Below, piece by piece: positions 19,430 through 29,769 of a stretch of DNA of 64,000 bases. The position numbers and the translations under genes are program-made. Numbering within the stretch: position 1 is the stretch's first letter; each line of letters opens with the position of its first letter. Below the pieces are notes generated by a model. It worked only from the letters and a program-made list of their open reading frames with translations. It did no database searches and was not told where the DNA came from. The stretch covers positions 10,704-74,703 of the forward strand of contig CBDANC010000015.1 of NCBI GenBank assembly GCA_965197425.1. The letters run 5' to 3'. The DNA is from Bdellovibrionales bacterium (GTDB taxonomy: Bacteria > Bdellovibrionota > Bdellovibrionia > Bdellovibrionales > JAUICD01).

Positions 19430-19903
19430 CTAACTATTATTAGTCACCAGATGTGCAGTTATTTTAGCTTCAGAAACTTTTATATCTTCTTCTTTAAAAA
19501 TGCTTGTATTAAAAACAAACATACTCGACTTTGATCTATATACTCTAGCTTCTATTTTTAATACATCCCCTGGAGTTACAGGGCTTCTAAACTTTGCACC
19601 ATCAACCCCTGTTATAAGTGTTGTGCTGGTATCCGATGAGTTTGGTTTTAAAACCAAAAGTGCAGCAGCTTGGGCCATCGCTTCAATCTGCAAAACCCCA
19701 GGCATTATAGGTTTGTTAGGGAAATGACCTACAAAAAAAGGTTCATTAACAGTAATATTTTTTCTTGCTATTAGGTAAGCATCATCCCATTTGGATAAAT
19801 TTTTATGCCTCACCCTCTTTAAAACCCTGTCTATCAGCAAAAAAGGATACCTATGAGGCAGTATTTTTAAAATTTCATCTATTGATAGACTGTCTTCAAC
19901 CAT
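19430..19903 (-). CDS. fabZ: 3-hydroxyacyl-ACP dehydratase
   Basis: ILPHRYPFLLIDRV...FFVGHFPNKPIMPGVLQIEAMAQ. The likely start is MVEDSLSIDEI (19903), directly after the skp stop. The longer track ORF (to 19984) overlaps skp. Confidence 0.88.
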   Translation of the reverse strand: MVEDSLSIDEILKILPHRYPFLLIDRVLKRVRHKNLSKWDDAYLIARKNITVNEPFFVGHFPNKPIMPGVLQIEAMAQAAALLVLKPNSSDTSTTLITGVDGAKFRSPVTPGDVLKIEARVYRSKSSMFVFNTSIFKEEDIKVSEAKITAHLVTNNS

Positions 19904-19905
19904 TT

Positions 19906-20421
19906 CTACTTTTTGCCATCTGATTTTGTACCATCTACTTCTTTCATAATTTGATCCGTCAAATCCAAAGAAGGTTTTCCCCATAACAAAGACATTTCAT
20001 TTTTCTGTAAAATCAAATCATAACCATTTGCAGTGCCAACCTTGCTTGCAACACTTAGTATTTTAGTCAAAATAGGTTTAGTTAATTCCTGCTCTTTTTT
20101 CTGGATACTTAGCTGGCTCTCGGCTACTTTTTGTTGAAAAGCCACAAATTTTCTTTGCAACTCTGTTTGCTGCTTTACAAAAACATCCTTCGATAAAACA
20201 GCTTCTTTTCTCTTCAAGTCCTCGCTTTGCTTTTTTAAATCAGACTCAGTTTTGCCTATTTCCCTCTTTATTTTATCTATTTCAGACTCCAACTGTTTCT
20301 TTGCAGCCATACCAACCTTGGTTTGCTGTAATGCTTTCTGCACATCAACATAACCTATCTTCAACTCAGCCCGTAAAGGGGCTGCAATCAACATCAAAGA
20401 AATGATTAAAAATATACGCAT
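19906..20421 (-). CDS. skp: Periplasmic chaperone Skp/OmpH
   Basis: 171-aa ORF with a signal peptide, a coiled-coil K/E/Q-rich body, and position directly downstream of bamA. Confidence 0.8.
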   Translation of the reverse strand: MRIFLIISLMLIAAPLRAELKIGYVDVQKALQQTKVGMAAKKQLESEIDKIKREIGKTESDLKKQSEDLKRKEAVLSKDVFVKQQTELQRKFVAFQQKVAESQLSIQKKEQELTKPILTKILSVASKVGTANGYDLILQKNEMSLLWGKPSLDLTDQIMKEVDGTKSDGKK

Positions 20422-20441
20422 CTTTCCTCCTAAAAATTTTT

Positions 20442-22744
20442 TTAAAACGGTGCTCCTAAAGAAAATTGAAACATCGAACCCTCCATTTCACATTCTCCGT
20501 CTGAAGATTCCCTTTTTATACATTTTCTATTTACAGGAAATCCCCACTCAAATCTCAAAGGACCCATAGGGGAAAACCATCTAAATCCAACTCCAAAATT
20601 AGCCCTAAGCTTGCTTAGTTCTAATACATCTTCTGCCATACCAATATCATAAAATACCACTCCAAAAATTTTAGTAGCATCTACCAGAGGAAACTGCAAC
20701 TCCAGATTATAATATGCCTGCTTTGTACCACCCTTTACTACTTCTACTACTTCCTCTCCTGTACTACTTGTAACAGTTCTTCCTATATCAAACCACCCAA
20801 AACCACGCAATGTATTTACTCCGCCAAGCCTGTACAAATCGTTAAAAGGAATCTCTCGTTCACCATAGGGAAACAACATAGAATATGTAAAATTATTTCT
20901 TACAACCAATTCACGCCATATAGGTTTATAAAATCTTGCGTTAAACTCAGTTTCTACAAATCTTTTATCTCCCCCGAGGCCCGCTATCTCTGCAGAAACA
21001 CTTGCAAGGAAACCATCACTCGGCATCCATCTATCATTTCTTTTGTCATAGTCTAAAGAAAATGTCATGGAACTTAAAATGCCTTCTGCAGAATCTACAT
21101 TAAAAACATCACTTCTAAAATCATCGCGGGATTCAATTGATGTATTTTCATATAGATATTTTATAAATCCATACAGGTAAGGAGCTACGGGATGGCCTAA
21201 TCTAACAGCTCCACCCTTTCTAAAATCTCTGTACTGCTCCTGAACTATATAGTTTGTACTATAAACATCTAAGCCCGCAGTCCATCTAGTATCTAAAAAA
21301 TATGGATCAGTAAAACTTAAAGTATAAAATTTCTCTTGTCCAGATAAATTAGTACTTAAACCTAATGTTTGACCTCTTCCAAGTAAATTTGTTTTTTCAA
21401 TTCTTCCATTAAAAATAAAACCACTATAAGAACCATAACCAGCACCAACTTGAATGCTACCAGTGCTTCTTTCTTCAACCGATATATCATAATTAACTGT
21501 ATTTGGACTTTCAGCATCCACTTTTTGTTGAAAAGTTACATTCTCAAAAAATCCAAGTCTTCTAATATCATTCAGAGACTTTCTTTTATTAGTCTCATTA
21601 TATAGTTCTCCTTCAATTATACTCATCTCTCTTCTTATAACTTTATCCCTAGTGCTATGATTTCCTACAATATCAAACTTTCCAAAGTAAACTTTTTCAC
21701 CTGTATCTATTGAAAAATCTAAATCAACTACCTTGTTTTCTCGATCTAACTTAGTATTTGGTATGATGTTTACAAATGCATAACCCAAATCACCATACAT
21801 TGCCTGCAATCTCTCTAGGTCACTTTGTAAAACATCGTAGGCAAAGACAGATCCATTGGATGTTTTTATTTTTTGTAAATGCTCATCTGCTGTGAATAAT
21901 AAATCTCCACTAAAGCCGATTTGTCCGACAGTATGTTGATCTCCTTCCTCAATCTCTATGTTAATAATTATATCCCGTTTGTTAGGAGAAATAAAAATTT
22001 GAGATCCAACAACCTTTGCATTAATATATCCTTCATTTAGATATAAATATTTTATTACCTGAAGATCTCTTTCAAAACCCACCTCACTATACCGACCACC
22101 GCCAGAGAAGAAGCTAAAAAAAGTCTTCTCTTTGTTCACCAAAGCTGACTTTAATGCTTCATCAGTTATAGCTGTATTTCCCTGTATATTTATTTTCTTT
22201 ATTTTTACTTTTTGATTTTCATTTATTTTAAAAACTAGTCTGACTCGTTTACTGTCTTTATTATTCTGATTGTTTTCCTCTTTGATCTCATAAATTACAT
22301 TGGCTAGAAAAAAACCTTAGACTCATACAAGTCAGTAATACTATTTATAGAAGTGTTTACCTTGGCAACATCTAAAAAATCATCTTGTTTAAAATCTAAA
22401 GCTTCAAACAGTTCATCAGACTTTATTTTTTTATTTTTTTCGAAAACTATTTCAGATATTGAAGGTCTTTCTTCCACTACATATCTTAAAACATCGTTTT
22501 CTCTGTAGATCTCTATGTCATAAAAATGCCCCATTTCAAAAATTCTTTCTAAGTCTTTTAAAACTTGATCTTTTGAATAAGGTTTGCCGGAAGAACTTTC
22601 AATTTTATCAAGTATTGCTTCTGTACCTATTTTTTTATTGCCCTCAACAACGATGTCTTTAATGAGAGCGGCATAGGAAATTTTATGCATCATAAAAAGC
22701 AACAAAAAAAACACTCTAAATATAGAAGATCTCAAGGCAAGCAT
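20442..22744 (-). CDS. bamA: Outer-membrane protein assembly factor BamA, interrupted by a 1-nt frameshift in a T7 run (plus-strand A7 at 22308-22314)
   Basis: Two track ORFs: 22304-22744 (signal peptide plus POTRA1-2) and 20442-22142 (POTRA plus 16-strand barrel, ending ...FQFSLGAPF). The 161-nt gap translates without stops in the downstream frame as GFFLANVIYEIKEENNQNNKDSKRVRLVFKINENQKVKIKKINIQGNTAITDEALKSAL, joining both parts. Confidence 0.85.
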
Positions 22745-22776
22745 CCAAGCGGTTCTAGCATAGTTTCATAAAACAA

Positions 22777-23445
22777 TCAAACTAACCATTTGCCGTCCTT
22801 CATATTTAAAACCCTTGGAAACATCTTAGAAAAACCCAAGTCATGTGTGACAACAACTAATGTTATACCCATCTTACTATTTAACTCCAATAACATATTT
22901 TTTATAATTTCTTCATTTCTACTATCTAAATTTCCTGTAGGTTCATCAGAAAACAAAATATCAGGACTTTGCATCAATGCCCTGGCTATAGCAACTCTCT
23001 GTTGCTCCCCACCGCTTAACTCCTTTGGAAGATGGTTTTTTCTGTGATCAAGCCCCAACGATTCTAAAAGCTCCATAGCCCTGTCCTTAATATTAAACTC
23101 ATTTGCAATTTGCGCCGGTAACATTACATTCTCAAGAGCTGTGAACTCTTTTAATAAATGGTAAGCTTGAAATACAAATCCTACAGTTTTATTTCTGAAC
23201 CTCGCAAGTTTCTCGGAATCAAAACTATATACATCCTCCCCATCATATAGCACCTTACCGTTAGTCGGTTTATCTAATGTTCCTAAAATGTGAAGCAAGG
23301 TACTTTTTCCAGCTCCAGAAGAGCCCATAATACAAAGAGCCTCTTTCTTATAAATCTTTAGACATATTTCGTGTAATACTCTTACTGTTTTGATATTAGT
23401 TGTGTAAGTTTTAGAAACGCTTACAGCCTCTAATAAAGCACTCAT
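22777..23445 (-). CDS. lolD: Lipoprotein-releasing ABC transporter ATP-binding protein
   Basis: 222-aa ORF with Walker A GSSGAGKST, signature LSGGEQQRVAIARAL and Walker B ILFSDEPTGNLD. It is coupled to the upstream lolC/E. Confidence 0.85.
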   Translation of the reverse strand: MSALLEAVSVSKTYTTNIKTVRVLHEICLKIYKKEALCIMGSSGAGKSTLLHILGTLDKPTNGKVLYDGEDVYSFDSEKLARFRNKTVGFVFQAYHLLKEFTALENVMLPAQIANEFNIKDRAMELLESLGLDHRKNHLPKELSGGEQQRVAIARALMQSPDILFSDEPTGNLDSRNEEIIKNMLLELNSKMGITLVVVTHDLGFSKMFPRVLNMKDGKWLV

Positions 23446-24698
23446 GTTCGAAATCCCTCAACAGGATCTAATTTTGCTCCCTTTATTGCTGGCAGTATAG
23501 TAGATACAAAACAGATAAGCAAAGTTGACAAAACTATAATAAACATATCAAAAATCTCAACATCCACTGGAAGACCGCTAAATTGATAAATATTCGCTGG
23601 AACCTCTATTATCTGAAGATGTTTTACCATCATACATAAAATAAAACCCAAAACAATCCCGGCAAAAGATCCTATTACACCAATCAATAAACCTTGACTT
23701 ATAAATAACTTTATCAAAAAACGATCTGAAGCTCCTAAGGTCTTTAAAATACTAATGTCATAAAATCTCTTAATCACATAGACAAAAAGAGTGCTACACA
23801 CATTAAAGCATGCAACCAATATGATAAAAGACAGTATTACAAACACAGCCCACTTTTCTAATTCTAATGAAGAAAAGAAATTATAGTTCATGTTAAACCA
23901 ATTTTGCATGTGATATTCAAACCCCAACTTCTCCTGGAGTCTATACTCTAAATTAACAGCAACATCAGCATCATTTAATAAGAGTTTAATGCCAGAATAC
24001 ACACGGCCTAAACCCAACATTTCCTGTGCAGCAGCATCTTCAATAAACACAATTCGTTCATTATAATCGTACTTGCCTAAATCAAGTACTCCAGATACAT
24101 AAAAATCCTTAGACTGAGGAGCAAAAGAACCTTCCATTACACTGTCTTTTGTTCTAGGAACAACAATTTGAAACTTGTCTCCCACATTTAGATTTAACTT
24201 TTCACTCAGAACACTACCAATCATAGCTTGACTCTGATTATTCTTAGAAAATAAAAATTCTCCTGTAATAATCCTTTCATCTAAATTAAGGGTGCTTTGA
24301 TAGGTGTTTTTGTCTAATCCATTTACCAAAATACCACCTATATCACCTTTATTTATAGCCAATGCCTCCATTGTTATAAATGGACTCGTATGTTTAAGCT
24401 CAGGAACAGAGCTTTTAATGATATCTTCTTCCTGCTTAGTTATGTTTCCATAGATAATAAAATGTCCATTAATATCTATAACAGATTGTTTAATTACATG
24501 TTCTACACCATTCATTATAGACATAGCTAACATTAAACAAGCAACGCCGACTATAATGCCTAAAACTCCAAACCCAGATGTCCAAGTTACAAACTTACCA
24601 CCACCTCTTAGATACTTTAAAATCATCCATATACTTAGAGGTTTTTTTAACAATCTCTTTTTTATGCTTTTCATAAACTCTATGCCACGACTTTTCAT
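23442..24698 (-). CDS. lolE: Lipoprotein-releasing ABC transporter permease (LolC/LolE family)
   Basis: 418-aa ORF with MacB/FtsX topology (N-terminal TM, large periplasmic domain, three C-terminal TMs, ...AIKGAKLDPVEGFR). The start may be the internal MKSIKK. Confidence 0.8.
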   Translation of the reverse strand: MKSRGIEFMKSIKKRLLKKPLSIWMILKYLRGGGKFVTWTSGFGVLGIIVGVACLMLAMSIMNGVEHVIKQSVIDINGHFIIYGNITKQEEDIIKSSVPELKHTSPFITMEALAINKGDIGGILVNGLDKNTYQSTLNLDERIITGEFLFSKNNQSQAMIGSVLSEKLNLNVGDKFQIVVPRTKDSVMEGSFAPQSKDFYVSGVLDLGKYDYNERIVFIEDAAAQEMLGLGRVYSGIKLLLNDADVAVNLEYRLQEKLGFEYHMQNWFNMNYNFFSSLELEKWAVFVILSFIILVACFNVCSTLFVYVIKRFYDISILKTLGASDRFLIKLFISQGLLIGVIGSFAGIVLGFILCMMVKHLQIIEVPANIYQFSGLPVDVEIFDMFIIVLSTLLICFVSTILPAIKGAKLDPVEGFRT

Positions 24699-24709
24699 AC
24701 AACCACCAT

Positions 24710-25817
24710 CTATTTCAAACTTAAATATCCATGTATGAACGCTTCAATATCTCCATCCATCACTTTTTCTACATTCGAAACTTCAATCTTAGTTCGGTGA
24801 TCTTTTGCGAGTCTATATGGATGCATGATATAAGATCTTATTTGACTGCCCCACTCATTTGCCTTCTTAGTTGCATTTAGTTCTTCTTTTTGTGCTTCCT
24901 TCTTGCCCCGTTCATTCTCATATAATGCTGATCTTAGCATTTTCATAGCTCTTTTTTTATTTGCATGTTGAGATCTTTCTCTCTGACAACTTACAACCAA
25001 ACCTGTAGGAACATGCGTAATTCTTATGGCAGAGTCTGTTTTATTTACATGTTGCCCACCAGCACCACTTGCTCTAAATGTATCTATTTTTAGATCTTCA
25101 TTTTTAATATCAATATCTATGCTGTCATCAATATCAGGAGTGGCAAAAACTGCAGCAAAAGAAGTATGTCTTCTTGCATTTGAATCAAATGGGCTTATCC
25201 TGACAAGTCTATGTACTCCATTTTCGCACTTCAAATATCCATAAGCGTTCTCACCCTTAATTTGAATGATAACGCTCTTAATGCCAGCTTCATCACCATA
25301 ATTTATGTCCATTACATTGAAATTGAACTTCATCCTCTCCGCCCACCTAGAATATAGACGCATCAACATCTGTGCCCAATCACATGCTTCAGTTCCTCCT
25401 GCTCCAGATTTTATGGTTAAATAAGCGTCACTTACATCTAACTCTCCTTTTAAAAGAGCTTTCAGCTCGAGTGTTTTTATTTGATTTGAAGCATTGGATA
25501 TCTCTTGTTTTAACTCTAAAAAAAGATCTTCGTCAGATTCCTCAATACATATATCAAGCATTGTTTTTATATCTTGGATGTTAGCGTCTAACTTATTAAA
25601 AACCTCTAAAATCTTTTCCAAAGAAGAAATTTCAGAGTTTATTTTATTGAGCCTGGAATGATCAGACCAGAGGCTAGAATCTTTTGTGGATTCTTTTAAT
25701 TTTCGCAAATTATCTGTTTTTGAATCGACCTCAAAGATACCCCCTTAACTTATTTATGTCTGAGGCTAGCTTTGTAACTTTGGAACTTACTAAATGTACT
25801 TCTTCTTGTATTGACAT
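24710..25817 (-). CDS. prfB: Peptide chain release factor 2, expressed via programmed +1 ribosomal frameshift
   Basis: Frame 0 (25817-25734) gives MSIQEEVHLVSSKVTKLASDINKLRGYL, then in-frame TGA (25733-25731). The +1 frame runs 25732-24710 (341 codons) and contains SPF (RISPFDS) and GGQ (RASGAGGQHVNKTDSAIR). The site AGGGGGTATCTTTGAG is essentially the E. coli prfB shift site. Confidence 0.93.
25731..25746 (-). promoter_or_regulatory. prfB: prfB programmed +1 frameshift site (internal SD AGGGGG, slippery CTT, in-frame TGA)
   Basis: The minus strand reads AAGGGGGTATCTTTGAG. Frame arithmetic was checked: 28 codons lie upstream and 341 codons lie downstream in the +1 frame. Confidence 0.92.
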
Positions 25818-25849
25818 AGATACCTACAAAAATTCTAACACAAGACTAG

Positions 25850-26677
25850 CTATTCACTAGGATTCTTTATGGATTGTCTTACAATGTCATGTACATACAT
25901 ATCAGCCTTGGAACCGCCTAAAAGAGTCTTAATCCTAGAATGAATAGCTGGGTCATTTATAATCGCTCCTAAAGTACCCTGACCTCTTTCAATTTTGTTA
26001 ATTACACTAGACAGATCGGCTAACAGGTTTTTTAACTCATCTTTCGTTGTGCCATCCAAAATTTTATTTATATTAGCCAGCAAGGTTTTTAATTCCATAG
26101 TTACTTCTTCAAGGCTATTTAATATGTTGTCATCTTCTTCTTCTGAACCAATTTTTTCTAATAAAACTTTTATATTAGTCAATATGTCCGACAACTTATC
26201 CAGAGGAGAGTTGTCGTCTGACAGGGCTGCTAAAATACCAGTAGGGGCGCCTAATTCTATGAAATCTTCATCCTTTAAAAGCTCACCGTGATTGTCTCCA
26301 GGTCTTATTAAAACAAACATATCACCTAACGCCCCTTGAGATTTGATATATGCCTTAGAGTCTACAGGTATCATAGATTGAAATTCTTCATATATATTTA
26401 AAATAACCAGTACTTCATTGCTTTTTTCTGGTATCAGTTTAATTTTTTTTACATTACCAATAGGTACTCCCAACAGTTGAATCACACTTCCAGGACCAAG
26501 TCCTTCCACTGATCTTGCTTTCAAGTTGATCTGATACCTGTCTCTGAAAAAACTTACTCCACCATCTTCCAGTGACAGCAGAGCTATAATACAAATAACG
26601 ATTGCTGATGTGACAAATATACCAACCTGTATTTCTATACTTCTTTTATTCATAAACTTTCTCCGAAAGAATTTCAC
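25850..26677 (-). CDS. mlaD: Mla/MCE-domain substrate-binding protein
   Basis: 275-aa ORF with an N-terminal TM, an MCE domain (...GLGPGSVIQLLGVPIGNVKKI...) and a C-terminal helical region. Confidence 0.75.
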   Translation of the reverse strand: MKFFRRKFMNKRSIEIQVGIFVTSAIVICIIALLSLEDGGVSFFRDRYQINLKARSVEGLGPGSVIQLLGVPIGNVKKIKLIPEKSNEVLVILNIYEEFQSMIPVDSKAYIKSQGALGDMFVLIRPGDNHGELLKDEDFIELGAPTGILAALSDDNSPLDKLSDILTNIKVLLEKIGSEEEDDNILNSLEEVTMELKTLLANINKILDGTTKDELKNLLADLSSVINKIERGQGTLGAIINDPAIHSRIKTLLGGSKADMYVHDIVRQSIKNPSE

Positions 26678-27410
26678 CCTCTGTGAATTGCTTAATCATA
26701 CTGTTTTCTTTATTTCTAAACTCCTCTTTGGTGCCTATTTCACCTATCTTGCCTTTATATAGAATTGCTATTCTATCACATACTGCATAGACGGTGGGTA
26801 TATCGTGTGTAACCAAGATAGACGTTATACCAATTTTTTTTAACTGCAAGATCATTTTTCTAATTTTTAATGTGTTAAACGGATCAAGCCCAGCAGTTGG
26901 TTCATCATATAAAATTACTTCAGGCTCCAATATTATGGCTCTCGCTAAACCAAGTCTTTTCTGCATACCTCCAGATAGCTCAGAAGGTAAAAGCTTTGCG
27001 CTCTCTTGAAGGCCAAACATACTCAAAGTTTCAAATATTTTTTTTGATATTTCATGCTCACTTAACTTTGAATGTTCTCTTAGTGGGTATGCTAAGTTAT
27101 CGAATACACTCATTGAATCAAACAGCGCGCCTCCCTGGAATGCATATGCAACTTTTTTCCTAACATCCACCAATTGGCGCTCTTCTAATTTGGTAATCTC
27201 TTCTCCATTTATTTTTACACTTCCGGAATCGGGCATTTCTAGCCCTATTATACCCCTAAGTATTATGCTTTTTCCGGCACCACTACCTCCTATCAAACCA
27301 AGACATTCTCCTTTTTGTACATCAAAACTAACATCCGTATGTATTGTTTTTTCGCCAAAACTTTTGGCAAAACTTTTAACTTCTATAATAACCATTTTTC
27401 TATTATCCAA
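26646..27410 (-). CDS. mlaF: Mla-type ABC transporter ATP-binding protein
   Basis: 254-aa ORF with GGSGAGKS, LSGGMQKRLGLARA and ILYDEPTAGLDP. Confidence 0.8.
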   Translation of the reverse strand: MDNRKMVIIEVKSFAKSFGEKTIHTDVSFDVQKGECLGLIGGSGAGKSIILRGIIGLEMPDSGSVKINGEEITKLEERQLVDVRKKVAYAFQGGALFDSMSVFDNLAYPLREHSKLSEHEISKKIFETLSMFGLQESAKLLPSELSGGMQKRLGLARAIILEPEVILYDEPTAGLDPFNTLKIRKMILQLKKIGITSILVTHDIPTVYAVCDRIAILYKGKIGEIGTKEEFRNKENSMIKQFTEGEILSEKVYE

Positions 27411-28174
27411 AATACTTTACTTATGAAAAAATCACTTATTACTATCATTATAGATGACACAACAACAGAATGTCTGGTTGCCATGCCGACAGCCTTCGTT
27501 CCACCTTTGGCACTAAGACCGTAGTGACAAGCTATAATTGAAATGAAAAATGCAAACACAAATGGTTTGGCAAAACCACTCATAAAATCTATAAAAAATA
27601 CAGATTGATATACTTTCAAAAGAAAGAACCCAACATCAACATTCAACTCTACACTAGCAACCAACGCTGCTCCAAATAAACCAATAAAATTTGCAATTAA
27701 AACCAATGCAGGCAAAGCTATCAAACAAGCTATAACTCTAGGAATAACTATTTTTTTTATTGGAGATGTGCCTAAAGCCCTAATAGCATCAACCTGTTGA
27801 GTTACAGACATAGAAGCAACTTCTGAAGCTATACCAGCTCCAACTCTTGCTGCAAACATGAGGCTAGTAAGCACAGGGCCCATCTCTTTTACTATAGCTA
27901 AGGACACCATTCTAGGAACATAGAGCTTCATACCGAATTTTTCTAACCCTAAACCAAACTGAAGTGAGATAACCATACCTATACTAAGTGCGGTTACAAC
28001 TATTAAACCCAAAGACCTGATACCTACATGGTTTAGGTGGTGTATAATAAGTCCGGGATAGTAAGGAGGCCTCACGCACTCTTTTGCTGATTGAATTAAC
28101 AAAAGCCAAGATCCGCCAACAAATCTGATTTGTGTTATTAAAAAGGAACCTATGGACTGTGCTAATGCACTCAT
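27383..28174 (-). CDS. mlaE: Mla-type ABC transporter permease
   Basis: 263-aa polytopic membrane ORF with MlaE-like motifs (..ARVGAGIASEVASMSVTQQVDAIRALG..). Confidence 0.8.
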   Translation of the reverse strand: MSALAQSIGSFLITQIRFVGGSWLLLIQSAKECVRPPYYPGLIIHHLNHVGIRSLGLIVVTALSIGMVISLQFGLGLEKFGMKLYVPRMVSLAIVKEMGPVLTSLMFAARVGAGIASEVASMSVTQQVDAIRALGTSPIKKIVIPRVIACLIALPALVLIANFIGLFGAALVASVELNVDVGFFLLKVYQSVFFIDFMSGFAKPFVFAFFISIIACHYGLSAKGGTKAVGMATRHSVVVSSIMIVISDFFISKVFWIIEKWLL

Positions 28175-28666
28175 TTATTCCACCCTAAAGCTTTCTATAA
28201 AATCATCAAACACACCCTTAGCTTGAGAGATTTTGTCTGGGTGCCCTACCAACATAATGTTGTAGTGACAATAGCCTTTTGCAAATACCATCATATCTAT
28301 TTGCCGTTTTATGCTGTCTATCTTTGATAAAAAATCGGCTCGTATAGCAAGGCTGTTGTTATATCTAAATTTGGTTTTTTCTGCATCCTCTATTGTCAAT
28401 AATCCGGCAACATATTTGTCAAATACAACCTCCACATCTGGAGCTGGTTCATTACTACACTCTGTATGATATGAGATAATATTGTCATTAGAATCTTTCC
28501 AGGATCTGTCAGCAAAATTTGATTTAATCCAATTAAAACCAACTGGCTTTAGATAACTCACTTGTTTTGAGCTCTTTATTTTGTTTGGATCCAACCTTAC
28601 AGATATGCAACCTGTAGCAAGGCTTAAAAAAATTAGCAAAAAAAATCTCATTTTTAACTTATTCAA
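28175..28666 (-). CDS. Lipoprotein of unknown function, first gene of the mla cluster
   Basis: 163-aa ORF with leader MRFFLLIFLSLATGC (lipobox LATGC). Its stop abuts the mlaE start. Confidence 0.55.
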   Translation of the reverse strand: MNKLKMRFFLLIFLSLATGCISVRLDPNKIKSSKQVSYLKPVGFNWIKSNFADRSWKDSNDNIISYHTECSNEPAPDVEVVFDKYVAGLLTIEDAEKTKFRYNNSLAIRADFLSKIDSIKRQIDMMVFAKGYCHYNIMLVGHPDKISQAKGVFDDFIESFRVE

Positions 28667-28903
28667 GACGGGAATCTTGGATCAAAACCCCTTTAATTTA
28701 AGGCTAGTTAGATTTCTTCTACTCATAAGCACCTCCACTAGATAAGAAAATAAAATCAAAATAAACTATCTAGGTCAACAAAACTACCGCATTTTAGCCA
28801 TTGTTGACTCATATCGCTTGTCAACTTAAGCCCTATCGGCAACTTATGCTCTATTTTCTATAGTAAGTAGGAAAAAAACAACAGTTATTATTTTTATTGA
28901 GCT

Positions 28904-29707
28904 TTATCGGTTATTCCTATAGCAACTGCTGTCTGATAGAAACATATTACCTCTTGCTATTTGTTGGTTGGCAAATGAAACAGTAAAACTAGCATTGTTG
29001 CAATCTTCAAGATCTTCTGGAGAACCATTTACCCTAATTTTTAAATTGGTATGTCTTTCTGAAAAAAGATCATATATTATCTCAAATTCTCTATCCTCAT
29101 TTACTCTTGTAAACCTTCCCTCTTGTATAACCCAAGGCTCTAGCTGACCTAATTGTGTTAATTGTTTATGCCATACATATGCATCTGCTTCTGCATATGA
29201 ATCTTGTTGAGGATTGTAATCTAAGAATACATTAAAGCCTAATCTAAGATTTTCTACAGCACTACCACAAGAGTGGCTGCCAATAACAAGCTGCGCATGC
29301 AACCCACTCCATCTGGAGTTTGCACATACTCCTAACAATTCTAAAAAGTTATTAAATACATCTTTATTTGTAATCCTGAGAGTTTCTCTACCACTAGGGT
29401 TTGCGGTTGTTAACTGCATGCCATTCCAACTGCTGCCAGTGTACCTACCATCTTCACATTTATATCTGTGTTGGTTTGATCCAGGATAATTATAGTCTAG
29501 ATCACCCAACATATTTGGATCTGAAGTGGCAGCATAATCCTGTGAGTGCTGTCTGCCGTAGTCTTCGCAATATTTGCCGCCATGAAATGGACCTGCATAC
29601 TTACTTCCCTTCCTACCGCAATTAGTTACACTCATAGCAATAATCGCCACGCCGACTATTATGTAGGTTATGTTCCACTTATTTTGTCTTATCTTCTTAA
29701 GATTCAT
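28904..29707 (-). CDS. Cysteine-rich putative lipoprotein of unknown function
   Basis: 267-aa ORF with an N-terminal TM/leader ending VTNC and several more Cys. I recognise no family. Confidence 0.5.
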   Translation of the reverse strand: MNLKKIRQNKWNITYIIVGVAIIAMSVTNCGRKGSKYAGPFHGGKYCEDYGRQHSQDYAATSDPNMLGDLDYNYPGSNQHRYKCEDGRYTGSSWNGMQLTTANPSGRETLRITNKDVFNNFLELLGVCANSRWSGLHAQLVIGSHSCGSAVENLRLGFNVFLDYNPQQDSYAEADAYVWHKQLTQLGQLEPWVIQEGRFTRVNEDREFEIIYDLFSERHTNLKIRVNGSPEDLEDCNNASFTVSFANQQIARGNMFLSDSSCYRNNR

Positions 29708-29769
29708 TAGGCCCCTAATCGGAGTACCCTGGTGATAAATTTAGGGTAAAACTAGGATTCAGGCCTTTT

